Shown here one piece after another: positions 37,613 to 50,430 of a DNA stretch of 64,000 bases (its first letter is position 1; the number at the start of each line of letters is the position of its first letter). A program made the position numbers and the translations under genes. The stretch lies in assembly GCF_009834535.1 (NCBI RefSeq), contig NC_045697.1:102302001-102366000 (forward strand). Reading direction: 5' to 3'. This DNA is from Camelus ferus (lineage: Eukaryota). The notes under the pieces were generated by a model. The model worked only from the letters and a program-made list of their open reading frames with translations, did not search any database and was not told the DNA's origin.

Positions 37613-39619
37613 ACTGTGTCCAGTCTCTTTGCCTATTTGGATGTTTCAGTGGGATCTTTTCCCTTGAAGGTTTTTGTCCCTGCCTGAGGATATAAATTCC
37701 TTAAAAGGCAGGAACTGGGTTTTTGCCATTGTTCCCTTTCTCTTAAAGAGCATTGCATGCAATACAAGACTGTTAATAAGTTATCTTTGTTGCTGTTATG
37801 ACCATTTGAGGTCTTATAGATTGGAGTTTCCTGATCAGAGACTGATTATATATATGATACAGAGATAGATAGGTAGATATACATATATATGGTATGATTT
37901 ATAGATATACGTATATATATAAATGCCACTTTTCAAGTCTCTAACACTTGCCTTCTCACCTCTATTTTTCTTTAAAACATTGCTTTCTAATCAGAAAAAA
38001 AAAAAAAAACTGTCTTGGAAATAGGTATAAAAGGAAAGCTGCCAAACTTATTTTAAGGATTCCCTTATTGTGGATGGTTAAACGCATCCATTCTTTTTGA
38101 CCCTAGATCTAAGCATGACAAGGACCAGCCATCTCCCACATGCTCTGAACCTAACCTTCATTCAAGTCATATATCTAACAAGAGTAGTCAGAGGGATACA
38201 TTTTATATAAAAAGTTTTGCTAAAGGGGCCACTGTACAGAAGACTCTCACCTGATTGGTTAGTTCAACTTATGGTTTAAGAATGGTTTTCCCAGTAAAAT
38301 AGTACCATATTTCACCTAGTAGAAGATTTGTAAATACCAACAGGGCAGTTCTAGGAATGGATTTTTATACATTATAGGTATTAACTGCCTTGGAATTTAT
38401 TTAAAGTTTATAAACACAATTTACCAGTAAACAAAATAACATTACAGTTCTTTTTGTCTGGTTCTGAGGAGGCTCAGAAATAAATACCTTTTCCTCCTAG
38501 AACATCTTCTTCTTCACCAGATTCCTCAGTGAAGAGAGCAAAAAAGGACTAAGAAAGATGTGAATTAAAATGCCACTTTTTTATTGATCAAGTCTGGGTT
38601 GAAGAATAGTTTTTAAATACTGAACCCTGGAATTAAACTGACCAGTCCTGCTGGGCAGAGGCACAACTCCACAACCAGATGCCACCTCCATGGAGGCCTG
38701 GTCCCTTCCCACAGGGAGGCCTGGCCGTGTGTGCTTAGAACGTGGAGAATCAGGTCAGAGGCTGTGCCTTCTGCAGACAGTTGACTCCTAAGTCGAGATG
38801 GAGAAGGAGAGATCAGTTTCTGCAAGTGCAGTTCTTTCCCCAGAATTCATCAATCTGATCAGTCTCTCCAACTTCACTGATGGGCAGGGAGCGGGGGCTG
38901 GGGGATAAGAAGTAATAGGAATGTAGGGAAAATCTCTCCTCTTGGCAGCCAGGGGAGTGGGGAACAAACAGCCTCTCGGCCGCAACCTCCCACACAACAC
39001 CTTCCCTTCCTTCTAAACTCCTGCTCTTCCCGTGGCTGGTGAAGGCGCTTCCCATTTCAAGCTTCTGCTGATTTCAGGTTTCCTATTAACTGATGGGACA
39101 GCAATGCTTGCTCAGCAGTCTTCAAAGCTTTTTAACGAATAATAACTAAAGATTAGCTTGAAGAAGTTCCTGAAAAGGTGTGAGTCATTTCCAAACAAGG
39201 GGTGGATTCAGCAAGAGGCTTGTCTGAATCAACAGGGAGGAAATCCAAGCGGTCTGAAGCCTCAGCCACGTCGGGAGGCTAAAATTGATGTCGTTAGTGT
39301 GTCTGCTGCTAGAGGAGAACGGGGCCAAACCAATTCTGCTAAATCAGGGGCTTCCCCGTTGCTGCTGCCCGAGATACATCGGGCAAGTCAGGAGAGCAGG
39401 GCTGGACCTGCTGACCTCATTGGTTAAGAGATATTTCAATATTGGATTAAAGCTGAATGCTGCCCCGTTGTCCAAATTCAACACACAAGTATCTGTTCTA
39501 TTTCTCAAATTATTCTGTAAGTCTATCTGCACTTAGATTTAAACATATCGTTACAGGTGCATTGATCTTGCCATTCTCATGCTACGTTTAATTTCGAGAA
39601 GCAAGAAACTAATGCATTT

Positions 39620-39850
39620 CTACTGTTATAGCACAGGGAACTATATTCAACTTCTTGTAATGAGCTGCAATGGAAAAGAACCTGAAAAAGTATATATATA
39701 TGTGTGTGTGTGTATATATGTATATATATATATACATATATATATATGTGCATGTGTAACTGAATCACTTTGCTGTACACATAAAACTAACATTGTGAAT
39801 CGACTACACTTTAATAAAAACTAAGAATAAAAGAAAGATCAAATTAAAGA
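39620..39850 (+). mobile_element. 5'-truncated L1 3' end with an internal (TA/TG)n tract
   Basis: 'tatagcacagggaactatattcaa...aactgaatcactttgctgtacac...aataaaa'. Confidence 0.88.
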
Positions 39851-41249
39851 ACATTTCCATTCTCTCCCCCACCCCCCCAAACTTCAAGCTATACTGTTTT
39901 ATCTAAATAAGCTATCAAGAAGATCGTAACTTTATGGCCTCTTGGATTAAATCTACCTAACTCCAGGCTTTCAACACTTTTCCTAACTCAGTCACAGAGA
40001 TTTCTTGGTAATATATATGGTTTTTGATCTTATCTGGATCGCTGTTCCTCAACTACAACTCTCCATTTAAAATCACTTTCCTAAGAGTGATGTACGTTTT
40101 GGGCATCTGAGTATATTTGTAGAACTAGTAGTTGTGGTAACAAGACTAAGTTTACATGTCTGTCCACATCAGCACCATGTACTCAAGATGGATTTCAGCT
40201 GCCAAAAAGGTCACTCCAAACTGCTTGCACAAACCTGTCTTTATGCCCCTGTTTATTATGCTCCCATGTAGTCGATGTCTTAGGCACTGAAACAGCACAG
40301 CCATATATCAACAGCTCTCTGGTGGTTCCGAATGTTCTAAACAAGAGCAAGGGTGCACTGAACCTCCCATGTAAACTTTATACAACAGATTCAGCAGAAC
40401 TGTAATTATTTACAAAATGATGGCATGAGAAATCTCTGGATTTATATCTTACGTTAAAGTAACTTAGATGGTGTCCACATAATTCTTGAATTCGTGGTAG
40501 GTTTGCAATTTATTTTGTTTGATTTTGGTTGCACTTGATACCGCTCTAAGGCTATTTTCATTGAAATTTCAAAAAGAAAACTACTAAGGTTGGACAGGTT
40601 TCTGAAATGTACGTGACGATGAAGCCTGGTGCACACGTGGTACCACAGCAACTTGAACTTGTGCCTGCGTTGGCAGAAAGAATTGTGCATTGGGTTTAGA
40701 ATGTGAAATCCATTTTTGTATTTTGCTTTTATAATGAAAACGAACTAATTAAGAAAAAATATAGCATTACAGAGCCGTATCTGTAGACACTAGGCCAACT
40801 AAATCAGGTGGAACTTAGAACTTCATGTCCCTTTTTTTGTTCCCAAAGTTGCAAATCTAAGCACAAAGCTCCCTTTGAGGTCAAAAGGAGTTCCCTGTTT
40901 GTACAAGCATCACAGGGTGGAGTTGAAAAAAAGGAATGAAGCTTCTGAGAACATGGAAAAATCCGGTTTCAATGAAGATTACAGTCTCAAAGTGAACATG
41001 ATACAATGAGATCAAAATATATATACTTATAGTTGGATAAATATCAATTTGTAAACTGTATCACTTGGAAATTCATAAAATTGTTTTGTCACTATTCAAT
41101 ACTCATACCCCTTGAAACTGAGAATCTGCAGCACTGAGGACTTGAAGGAGAAAAAAGCTACCTCTTATTGGGACATATTCAAAAAATCAATGTGTTAAAT
41201 TGATTATATCTTCTCCTTTCTTTTGCTCCTGAGAAGTCACCATTTCTGC

Positions 41250-41277
<28 letters not shown>
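41250..41277. repeat. Poly(A) tract, 28 nt
   Basis: Directly visible. No recognisable retroelement body lies upstream. Confidence 0.95.
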
Positions 41278-41280
<3 letters not shown>

Positions 41281-44200
41281 TACTGTTATCATCAGAATCC
41301 TTTGCTCACATATCAAAATTACTTTGGGTATGTTCTGTGGAGATATTTCAGTGGGTGTTTGGCCGTAAGAGCATGAATAATGTGCTATGAAATGTTATCT
41401 TATTACTGTCAACATACTTTGCAAGCTTTAACTAAATATTGCTCCTAACACCACTGTAGGAAAGAAAAAGATTATTATCATATCTTCTTCTCACAGCAGG
41501 AGGACCGAGGGAAGAGCAATTAGTTAAGTGTTTTACTCAAGGCAAGAGAAAGTATTAGGGTTAGAAATAAGATTAGACTCCAGTGTCTTATCCAGGCCCA
41601 GTTTAGGAACTGATTTAGGAGGATGAAGACAACAGTTTGGAGAATCACTCTTATTCTGCCCATACGATGAACTAGGAATAAACTAGGTCACCACCTCCAG
41701 GGAGAATTTATTTCTTCAGATCTTGAAGGAGTCATTATTTCCAGCATAGCACAGTATCACGTCAAATACTTTACCTACTGCTGGAGAGTATTTTTACCAA
41801 ATGAGAAACTGGCCAAACCTCCTTGTGTGGCATGGCAAACATTTAATCAACGAATCAGTCCTGAAAAATCACAGAACTCAATTTATTTGCTAAAAGAGAA
41901 TTAGTTAATAAATAATGGCTCTATATGGAAATGACCTATTCCCTTGGGAGAATATGATTTGCTAGGAAGCCAAACCAAGAACCAGAAGTGTGTAGAGTTG
42001 GGAGATTTGGGGTTTGTTTGGCCGAAAGTGGATGCATTTTTGAGAACTTTGGAATTCACGTTATAGTTATGGGCCTCATTATTTTTAAATATAAAATGGG
42101 AATGATAACAGGGGAGCTTAATTAGAAGAACTAGAAAAAAAGTAATAAAATAGGTGTTTATATTCTTTAGACCAATTACCCTCAGAATCTTTGAAATTGT
42201 CGCATTTTATCATTTTCTAGTTGATTTTACATAAACTATCATGCCTTGTAAAATTTCACTTGGTATAAATTTTATTTTGAAGATTAAAGTGATATATAAA
42301 GGTAAATACACTGTCATGTCTTTTTTTAAGTGGAGGTGGCTGTTTTAAAAGGTAATTTTATGGCATGTCTTGAAGTTATTAAAGATCTCCCAAATCTACT
42401 CTAAACAGGTGTCAAAAAACCAGGTTAGTCTTCACTACTTTGTGTAAACTCTGTTTTATAGCTTTTTTAAAATGAAGTTCATAAATAATGGAAAATGAGA
42501 ATAACTTTGTTTTATATTTATAAAAATAATACAGAGAAAGTAGGACGATTAGAAGTAAACTCTTAAAAAGAAGTAAACCAGTGGTACATCTGTTAGAAGC
42601 AATAACTGCCTTTCAGGTACAAGATGATCATTGAGCTGCGCCAGAGACTGCAAAATCTGCTGAACCAATAAACACTTCGGTGGAAACAATCTCAGATTTT
42701 TTTTAAAGCTAGACTCCAGGAAGCAAGGGAAACTCTCATTTGTCCAAAAAAACTTTCAATTATCCAGTCTAAGGGGGTGAACAAAGTTATGGACAATTCA
42801 AAGAATGGGAGGAAACAGTCTTTATAAGAGCATTTAACTCTTTTCTCTTTTCTGAACTTCATGCATGCTCTCCAGATCGTGGGCTGTGCTTCATTGCATT
42901 GGGGATGATGAGGAACGAAGGAAAAGCCTACTGACTTTCTGGGCTTTGATTTCCCCAAATTTAAATCCACAGAGATTTAATGGATTTATCGTAGCTGCCT
43001 CTTAGGCCTGGCAAATATCAGGCAAGGGATAGAGATAGTCCCTCAAAGCTAAGATTTTTGTTGTTGTTTCTCTGAAATTTCCCTTAAGCCAGAGAAAAAA
43101 CACCAGAGAAGATATCAAATGAGTTTCCCAAACTTGCGTCCTGGAAGCCTATCATGAGGAGCAGGGAGAGCAAGATTGAAAAGTCGAGGTAGCTAGAAAT
43201 GTGGGATCTCTTGGTAGAGGACCACCGTGGGGTGGGGCCCCTTCGCTGGGCTGAGTCATCTCCGATCGGCTTGATGGGAGCAAGAACCACACATCACCCC
43301 TCAGCTTGAATAGGAATTACCCTCCTGGTATGCCGCAAGACTTTCTTTGGGCTTGAGTATCCTCAAGATACCCCAAAGCCCACCCAGAGGTCCTAGGTAT
43401 CCTTGGGCGCCTGTGGTATTGTGATAAACCAGGGAAGCCCTGTGTGCAATGGGACTAAATTAAAAAAAAAAAAAAAAAAAGTTGAGATAGGGTCCACGAA
43501 GGCTGAAGCATCCTCGCCACAATCACCTTTAGGAGGATTTTAAAAGCATTTCGTTTCATGTTTGAGCTGTTGTGTAAGAGTGCATTTGATGTTCAAATCA
43601 CTTCAAACTAAAAACAAGCGTGAACTCAAAGAGGAAACTCAGCAAAGGCAGGAAGCCGCTTACATTCTGCTTTCTGTCTCTGCTCAGCTCCTTCCAGAAA
43701 TCAAGTAAATTCCAAAGTAGATTGATGAAACTCACTTGTCTCAGAACTTTCCTGAAAGACAGGGCGAGTTAAGCACTCTGGTTTCACAGGACATTGCTGC
43801 CAACTGCTTGACACAGAAATGGATGAAAACTGTCCAAACCCCAAAACAAGACTTGCTGGGATGCCATTCAAACACTAATCATTCAGAAGTGGCTCAGTGT
43901 TTCAGTCCAAACCCGGAAGAGGACCGAACAGATCTGAAGGGGGAAAGGACCGAACTTTAAGTCCCAGGATGCCAAGTGCGCTTGTTAGCAGGTGACTCTG
44001 AAGGGGTCAGAGTCCCTTAGTGAAGTGGCCGGTCTTGCAGCCTTCTCTGACTCATTTGTTACTGTAACCATGCATATGCCCTGGTTAATCAATCGACCCA
44101 AATTTCTCAGCTTGTCTGTGCTCTACCCATAATATTTATATCTTTTCTTCTGTGTGTCATTCTAATTAATTAAAAATACTGTGATTTGAAATGAGCATAT

Positions 44201-47158
44201 TAGGGACAGTTTTTCAATTTCAATAAGGTTTCTTCTCAGCCTCAGGACCACTGATAAGATTATTCCTTCCAGTACCACCCGCCCCCGACCACGACCACCA
44301 CCGTCCAGTGCCCAGGTTGATCTGTTTAAAACTGGTGATCCTCTGTTGTAAACATTCTCTGATATGGTGGACAATATAGTATCAACCAGGATAGCATTTA
44401 AAGGTCACCTTTTAAAAATTGAACCCAAGTGACTGTAACTTTCCACTGGAGAGTTTAACATCCTACAGTCATCAGTGTCCGCGAGTGCTGTTAACCAGCT
44501 CTACTGATACAAACATTTCTTTGCAAGCATTTACTGAGATATTGTAAATTACTTAACTACAGCAGTGTACTTTCTCTCCCGTAATCTTGATCTGATCCCT
44601 GAGGGGCTATTTATTACAGATATATACAGCCTGTCATTAGAAGTGAAGTTAATGTAATACGACACAAGTAGCCCACATTGTTTAAATGTGTTCCAGAAAG
44701 TTAGCAAATTTAGTTCAGAGAATCCTCACATGCCTGAAAAGCAGCAAGAAAGGAGTGAGACCAGGGGTGGTGGTGGGGTAGGGGCAAAATATTAAACACT
44801 GCTCACTGTAGGTGGCCAATTAATACCCTGTATCCAAGCTGGAACAAATCCTTCCACTATATACGTAAAGCATGTAATCTCTTATCTGCTTAGGCATTAT
44901 CAAATATTTTAGCAAATCCTAGTAACTTCAAACACAGGTTTAATGGAATGCAGTGCTAAAACATGCAAAGTCAAGAATCAAGTTTTTTAAGAACATAATC
45001 TGTTTTAGAAGGTTTCAAGAGAACTCCTTTGCAATTCCATTATAATCTCATCCCATGAGGAAAGACGTCTGATTTGGCAGAACATGACGCACTAAAGCAA
45101 AATGCACAACTTAGCCTTCCCCCAAATCAGAGCCATGAGCAGGAAAATCGTTTTAATTCCTTAGAAGCTGAGAGACTGTAGAACTGTTGGTCCAGTTCTC
45201 AAACATTTGGTCACCAGATAATATTCATATGAGAGGGAACTGAAATAGATGGCCGGATGACACTAGCAGTCTGATCCAGTACGGGCATGTGCAAGTGTTA
45301 ATTCAACATTGTGGTTTGGACCTCATTATTAACTTAAAAGTAATACAATTTGTTATACCGCAAGCATGAAAAAAGCAAAAACAAAACCAAAACGTCAGAC
45401 AGCAACGATGAAACTCTGACAAAATTTCAGTTTTTGCTCATTCGTACATTTTCTTTAAAATGGGTCTCTCTCTCCCCCAGCTCTGCTGTCCTTTTTCCCT
45501 GGGTAACTGGGATATATTTTAAGTGTCTTTTCATCTTTTCCATCTTCATCTGGGATTCCTCTCATGCACTCAGGGTGGTTTAGATGAAAGGTCAGAAAGT
45601 AGGTAAAGTGAGAGAAATCTCCCTTTCAAAGTCAGGCAAACACAGCGTGAAGCCGGAGAGGAAGACGAAAAAACAGACAGGGAGAGACAGACAAAACTGC
45701 ATGTAGAAAACTGATCTGTCCTTGTATTTTAAAGCAAGAGCTGAGTGATATACTTGACTTAGAAGCAGAACATCTTACGACCCTTTTAAAGGCCAGAATA
45801 TATAAAGCCAAAAGACAGTTACTATCTAAAAGCAGGGGGAAAAAAAAGAGCCATCTTATTTTTTAAGAGAGAAATTCTTTTTAGTGTTTGCACAGTTTAA
45901 GGAAATCTAGTGCTTGTGAGCGATGCAAAATAACACTTTCTTGTAATTTTATATAGTAAGCAAAGATTTAGAATATTTACAGACCACCCTGAGTAAGAAC
46001 GTCACTGGCTTCTAGGAGCATGCCCATACCAGAACATTCATCTTAAAAAAAAAAAAAAGTATCCCTCAGGCCATATATGGTTATAGGGGAAGGTATGCCT
46101 TTGACCTACCAGAGCCTGCAGACTTAGAGCACAAAGTCATTGCAGCCTGCTGAAAGGATTTTCTATCTTTAATTTGTCATAATGACCACCTTTTGATCAG
46201 ATCTGGCCAGAGCCTATATCAAGACACTAAGTTTCCTCATATCTCTGAGATGTGACAAAAAGAGGTTGTAAAGATGTTTGCATTAAAAATAATGCAAATT
46301 ATTTTGAGTGACAGTCTGCTGGGGTGGGGGGGACCATGAGTCCGTGTGAAATAAGGTTTTTCCATCATTTGCCACAGGAAAACTGTATTGCTTTAGTATT
46401 TGGGGTGCCTCTGGCTTGCTCTATGCTCATGAGCTAACGTGGAAAGGAGGTCTGGGTATTATATTTTAGACCGTATACAACGAGTCTAGTATAAGTTCCT
46501 TTTTTTGATTTATGGGTAGGTCTTGAAACAGTCAGAATTTCTTCTTCTTCAAATCCATATAGGAACATTCCAAGCCTTCAGTCAAGAAGAATTCCTTTCA
46601 TTTTTATTCTATGCAATGTAATTGTAATGAATTACAGTGTCTCACTATTTATATTCTCCACATACACTTTCACAGAAGTTCCCTGTCATTCTGCATTAGT
46701 TAACAGATGCTACAATGTCTGATCTTAAAGATTTTGTGGCCCTGTGTATTTTTCCTATTACCCAGGCAGCTAGATCTTTCCCCCCATTGGTTATTTCCTC
46801 TCTGGGAATAAAGGCACTTTGACTTAAGCATTAACCCCTTCTTGGTTCCACTTGCTCAAGCATATGGCAACAGTAGCAAAATCAATGACACCACGTTTGT
46901 CTGAAGCAGTGCTCATCCCCATTTACATATGAATTGAATGGTTACTAAGTTAGCTTTCTCTGAAATGCTCAGAATATTCTTTAAAAAAATATTCACAATA
47001 ATTACTTTTCTATCAAGCAACTCTTGACAGCAAAAGATGCCAGGTAACTCACGCAGCATTATTTTCTATCAGTGGAGATATATAAACAACGTAACACGGT
47101 ATGTTTACCTGCAGGTCACGATCTATTTGGAGCACAGGTTTTTAAATATTTTATTTTA

Positions 47159-47340
47159 ATAGAGAAACAACAAGTTCCTAATGTATAGCACAGGGAACTA
47201 CATTCAGTGTCTTGACATAACTTGTAATGAAAAAGAAAAAGAAAAAGAGTATATCAGTATCTATGTATATACCTGAATCACTATGCTGTACACCAGAAAC
47301 TAACACAACATTGTAAATCAACTATATGCCAATTAAAAAT
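47159..47340 (+). mobile_element. 5'-truncated L1 3' end
   Basis: L1 3' UTR with a perfect 15-bp TSD aaatattttatttta (47144-47158 and 47341-47355) at a TTTT/AA endonuclease site. Confidence 0.93.
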
Positions 47341-48654
47341 AAATATTTTATTTTAGGATATCAGTTCAATTTTTAAAAATTGAATAGAATGCCTTTGGTT
47401 TTCTTCCCTTCTGCGTTCCTGAAGGATGCAATGAGCGTCGTTTAACGTTACTATTCTAGGATACAGAGTATTGTGCAAGTCTCCTTATGATTTGAGTTCT
47501 GTAACCACTGTCATTCATTTAGTCTGAGTTATTGTAACAGAGTGCCAAGGAGCCTTAGATTTGGTGATAATTTACAGTGTATAGGTATTTACTACAATAA
47601 ATCTGTATTTATTTTAAGAAGAGGCAAACATCACCTGCCACCTCAAACGTAGGAGATTGGCATTTCCAAACCAAGATTAGCTATAAAGCTTCCTTGACTT
47701 TGGTCCAGAAGAGCAGGTGCTACTTTATTTGTATCAACAGATTAATAGATTGTACTTTTTACTTTGTGCACATTCATCCATTCACTGAGTCAAAGACTAT
47801 GTTTCGTTGCCTTGTACTGGAATCACAGAGATTCGTAAGGATCACCTCTTGCCCCCAAGGAGGTCTGGAGTTCTGGTAGGCATCTTGCTGAAAACGTGAT
47901 CAGGCAACGTCCTGGTTCTGTCTTTACCCAGTGTGCCCATGAGTAAAATTAAGTCAATTTTCTTCTGTTGGGTACAGAAAAGTCCACCCTAGGATAGCCT
48001 TCAAGTGTGGGATTGCCTATTCTCATTCAGAAGTGACTCACTATTACCTTCTTGCATCTGCTTCTGCAGGGCAGAGGGGACAGCAGCAAAGACAAGTACT
48101 GTCAGGAGGGGCCCTTGACCGAACTAAAGCCTTCCCATTCCTGGCTCTTACTCTGAAGCTCACACATTTTAAGGATTTACGTCTAGAAACACACACAAGA
48201 CTTGTAGACACATGTAATATTCTCTGGTATTTGAAAAGATACTCTTTTAGTCTCAGATAGTGGTACAGAAACTCTGCAATCCTCTATTACAGAGCTTCCT
48301 GATTGCAGTAGACTTGTTTCCCAAAATTGTTTCCAAGGAACTAGAAAAAGCAAATAAAAACAATATTCCTGAGACCCAATTTAAATTTTGAAATTTTCAG
48401 AAACTCTTGGGATCGTATGATACTGGTTAAAATTTCTAATTTCAAAAAAACGCACGGAGCAAGTGAGGGCTTATTCAATATTGAGGGCTTTCAACAATGC
48501 TCCTGAGAGCCTCAGCAGGTGAGGCTGGAGTGAAAAATTCTGCACCTTTGACCACCTGATGTACTTCTGGCTATTGTAGGTATACCTGCAAGGTCAGCAT
48601 AAGACTTCATTCGACAAACGATTCTCAAAGAAAGAAAGAAATTGTACAGCAGAG

Positions 48655-48800
48655 GGTAGGAGAGGCGTATAGCTCAAGTGGTAGAGCGTGTGCTTAGCAA
48701 CCACAGGGTCCTGGGTTCAATCCCCCCTTAACTCCTCTAAGAACAAATAAATAAGCCTAATTTTTCTCACCAAAATAATTAAAACATAAGAGAAATAAAA
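48655..48800 (+). mobile_element. tRNA-derived SINE (camelid Vic-1-like)
   Basis: A box 'tagctcaagtggtag', B box 'gggttcaatccc', A-rich tail and a partial TSD aaagaaagaaat. Confidence 0.85.
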
Positions 48801-50139
48801 AAGAAAGAAATACTACGAAGTACACATTCTAGATAGTGTGTTATCAGAGGAATTACAGAAACCCAGAATAGCTGTTTTTAGCATGAGTTTTTTTCCCCAA
48901 ATAAAAACTTATGAAGACTATCAGCATTTTCTTGAAATCTGAATAAACTTTTAGTATTTACTATGGGACTGTCAGTCAGTTATTACTGCACAGAAGGTCA
49001 GAAATAAGCACTGTAGGAAGGATTTTGCAGGAAAACAACTAAGGCGAGAAGTGTAATGTAACCATAGTTATTCTTTGGGTTATAAATGTAAACCGATCTC
49101 ATGCTGGAAAACTTTTCATTCACCGAGAAGTGTTTTTAAGGTGATATCAAATCCTCTGTAGGCCCATTATTAGCTTTTCTGTGAACGCGTGGATGTAGGA
49201 ACACAACTGATATGCTAATGAATACAGTTTGTTGGCCTGCGTATTTAATTTAACATTGTCTTTTGTGTAGTTTCTCATACTTTAAAAAAAACCTGTATTG
49301 AAGGAGGAAATAGAAAAGACAGAATTGAAGCAAGTTGTCATTGGTCTAAAATTTTAAGAAGTGTGAAACAGGGACCTCAGCTCTTTACAAACATCTCCAC
49401 GTCTCCATTTGAACAGCCGTGGGTAGCAAGGACCATCCGCCTTGAAGCGAGTATTTTCTTGGAGGTGGAAGCCTTAGTGGTCCTCGGCCTCTGGAAATTT
49501 AGTCTAGTCTGTCTTAGGGGTATTGTCCCCATTGGTCCCCCTTTCCTTTCCTAATCTCTTTTTCCATTATCTCATAAAGAAAACAGTTATAAAATAAATA
49601 AAAGGCCATTTCCACTGTGAGAACAAAAGCCAAATAATCCGTTAGAAAAGAATTGTCTTAATGAGCTGCTAAGCCTAAATTAGACTTCCTGATATAAACT
49701 GAAATAAAATGCCCACAGCTTGCGCTAAATGAATAACTATTGCACATATTAAGCAAAAGATGATCTCGTCTGTCTGTAAGCTAAAAAAAAGGCAAGATTT
49801 CCCAACAAGAGGCCAGAGGAAATGGGCTTGGGGGATGGGCAGATCACACAGTGCTTAAGTGTGAAGGTCCACTAGGATTTTCTCCAAATGTAGTTTAGAT
49901 TAAGTACCACAGAATTGTTAGATCTATTTAAAGTTCCCAGCTACTGCAGGTATTAAAAACCCCGGGATAAGAAACAATCTATCCATTACCTATAGAGCAA
50001 ATTTAAGGGATTAAAACAGTCTGCCTAGTGGTAGTCATAATCTATTAGGTTACAATATTTCTTCTATAGCTTCTTTGAAGATCTCTCTCTCAGCTTTTCC
50101 CCTAATGAGACTATCTCCACTTTGCCCCGGAAACCAAGT

Positions 50140-50430
50140 CAGCATGGCCACCTTTTAATTATCAGATTAGTTCAGTTTTAGACTTTGTGTCCTCCCTAAT
50201 GTCACCTAAGTCCTCCCGTTTACTCAGAAAGCAGCCTGTAAATATTCCATCATAAGAGTGTACACAAATCTCCATTTTTACGTGCCTCTCCCCGCCTACG
50301 TTGTCAACGATCTGGAGAACGCCATTTTCCCTATCACGCCGTGGAGTCCCAGGCATTGAGTAGGTGCACAGCAATATTCAGTAAGTAGATGAACAGACAA
50401 ATGATAGATAGATAGATGGAATAAATGAAT
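50140..50430 (+). mobile_element. L2 3' end followed by a (GATA)-like tract
   Basis: 'ccaggcattgagtaggtgcacagcaatatt...gatgaa...gaataaatgaat'. Confidence 0.5.

Noticed and set aside
40160..40185. REST/RE1-like TCAGCACCAT with an upstream inverted half-site CTGTCC
   Set aside because: The canonical right half matches only 3 of 6 bases, and isolated half-sites are expected by chance.
48660..48735. Possible tRNA gene (also near 60640-60710)
   Set aside because: A-rich tails, TSDs and imperfect cloverleaf stems identify both as SINEs.
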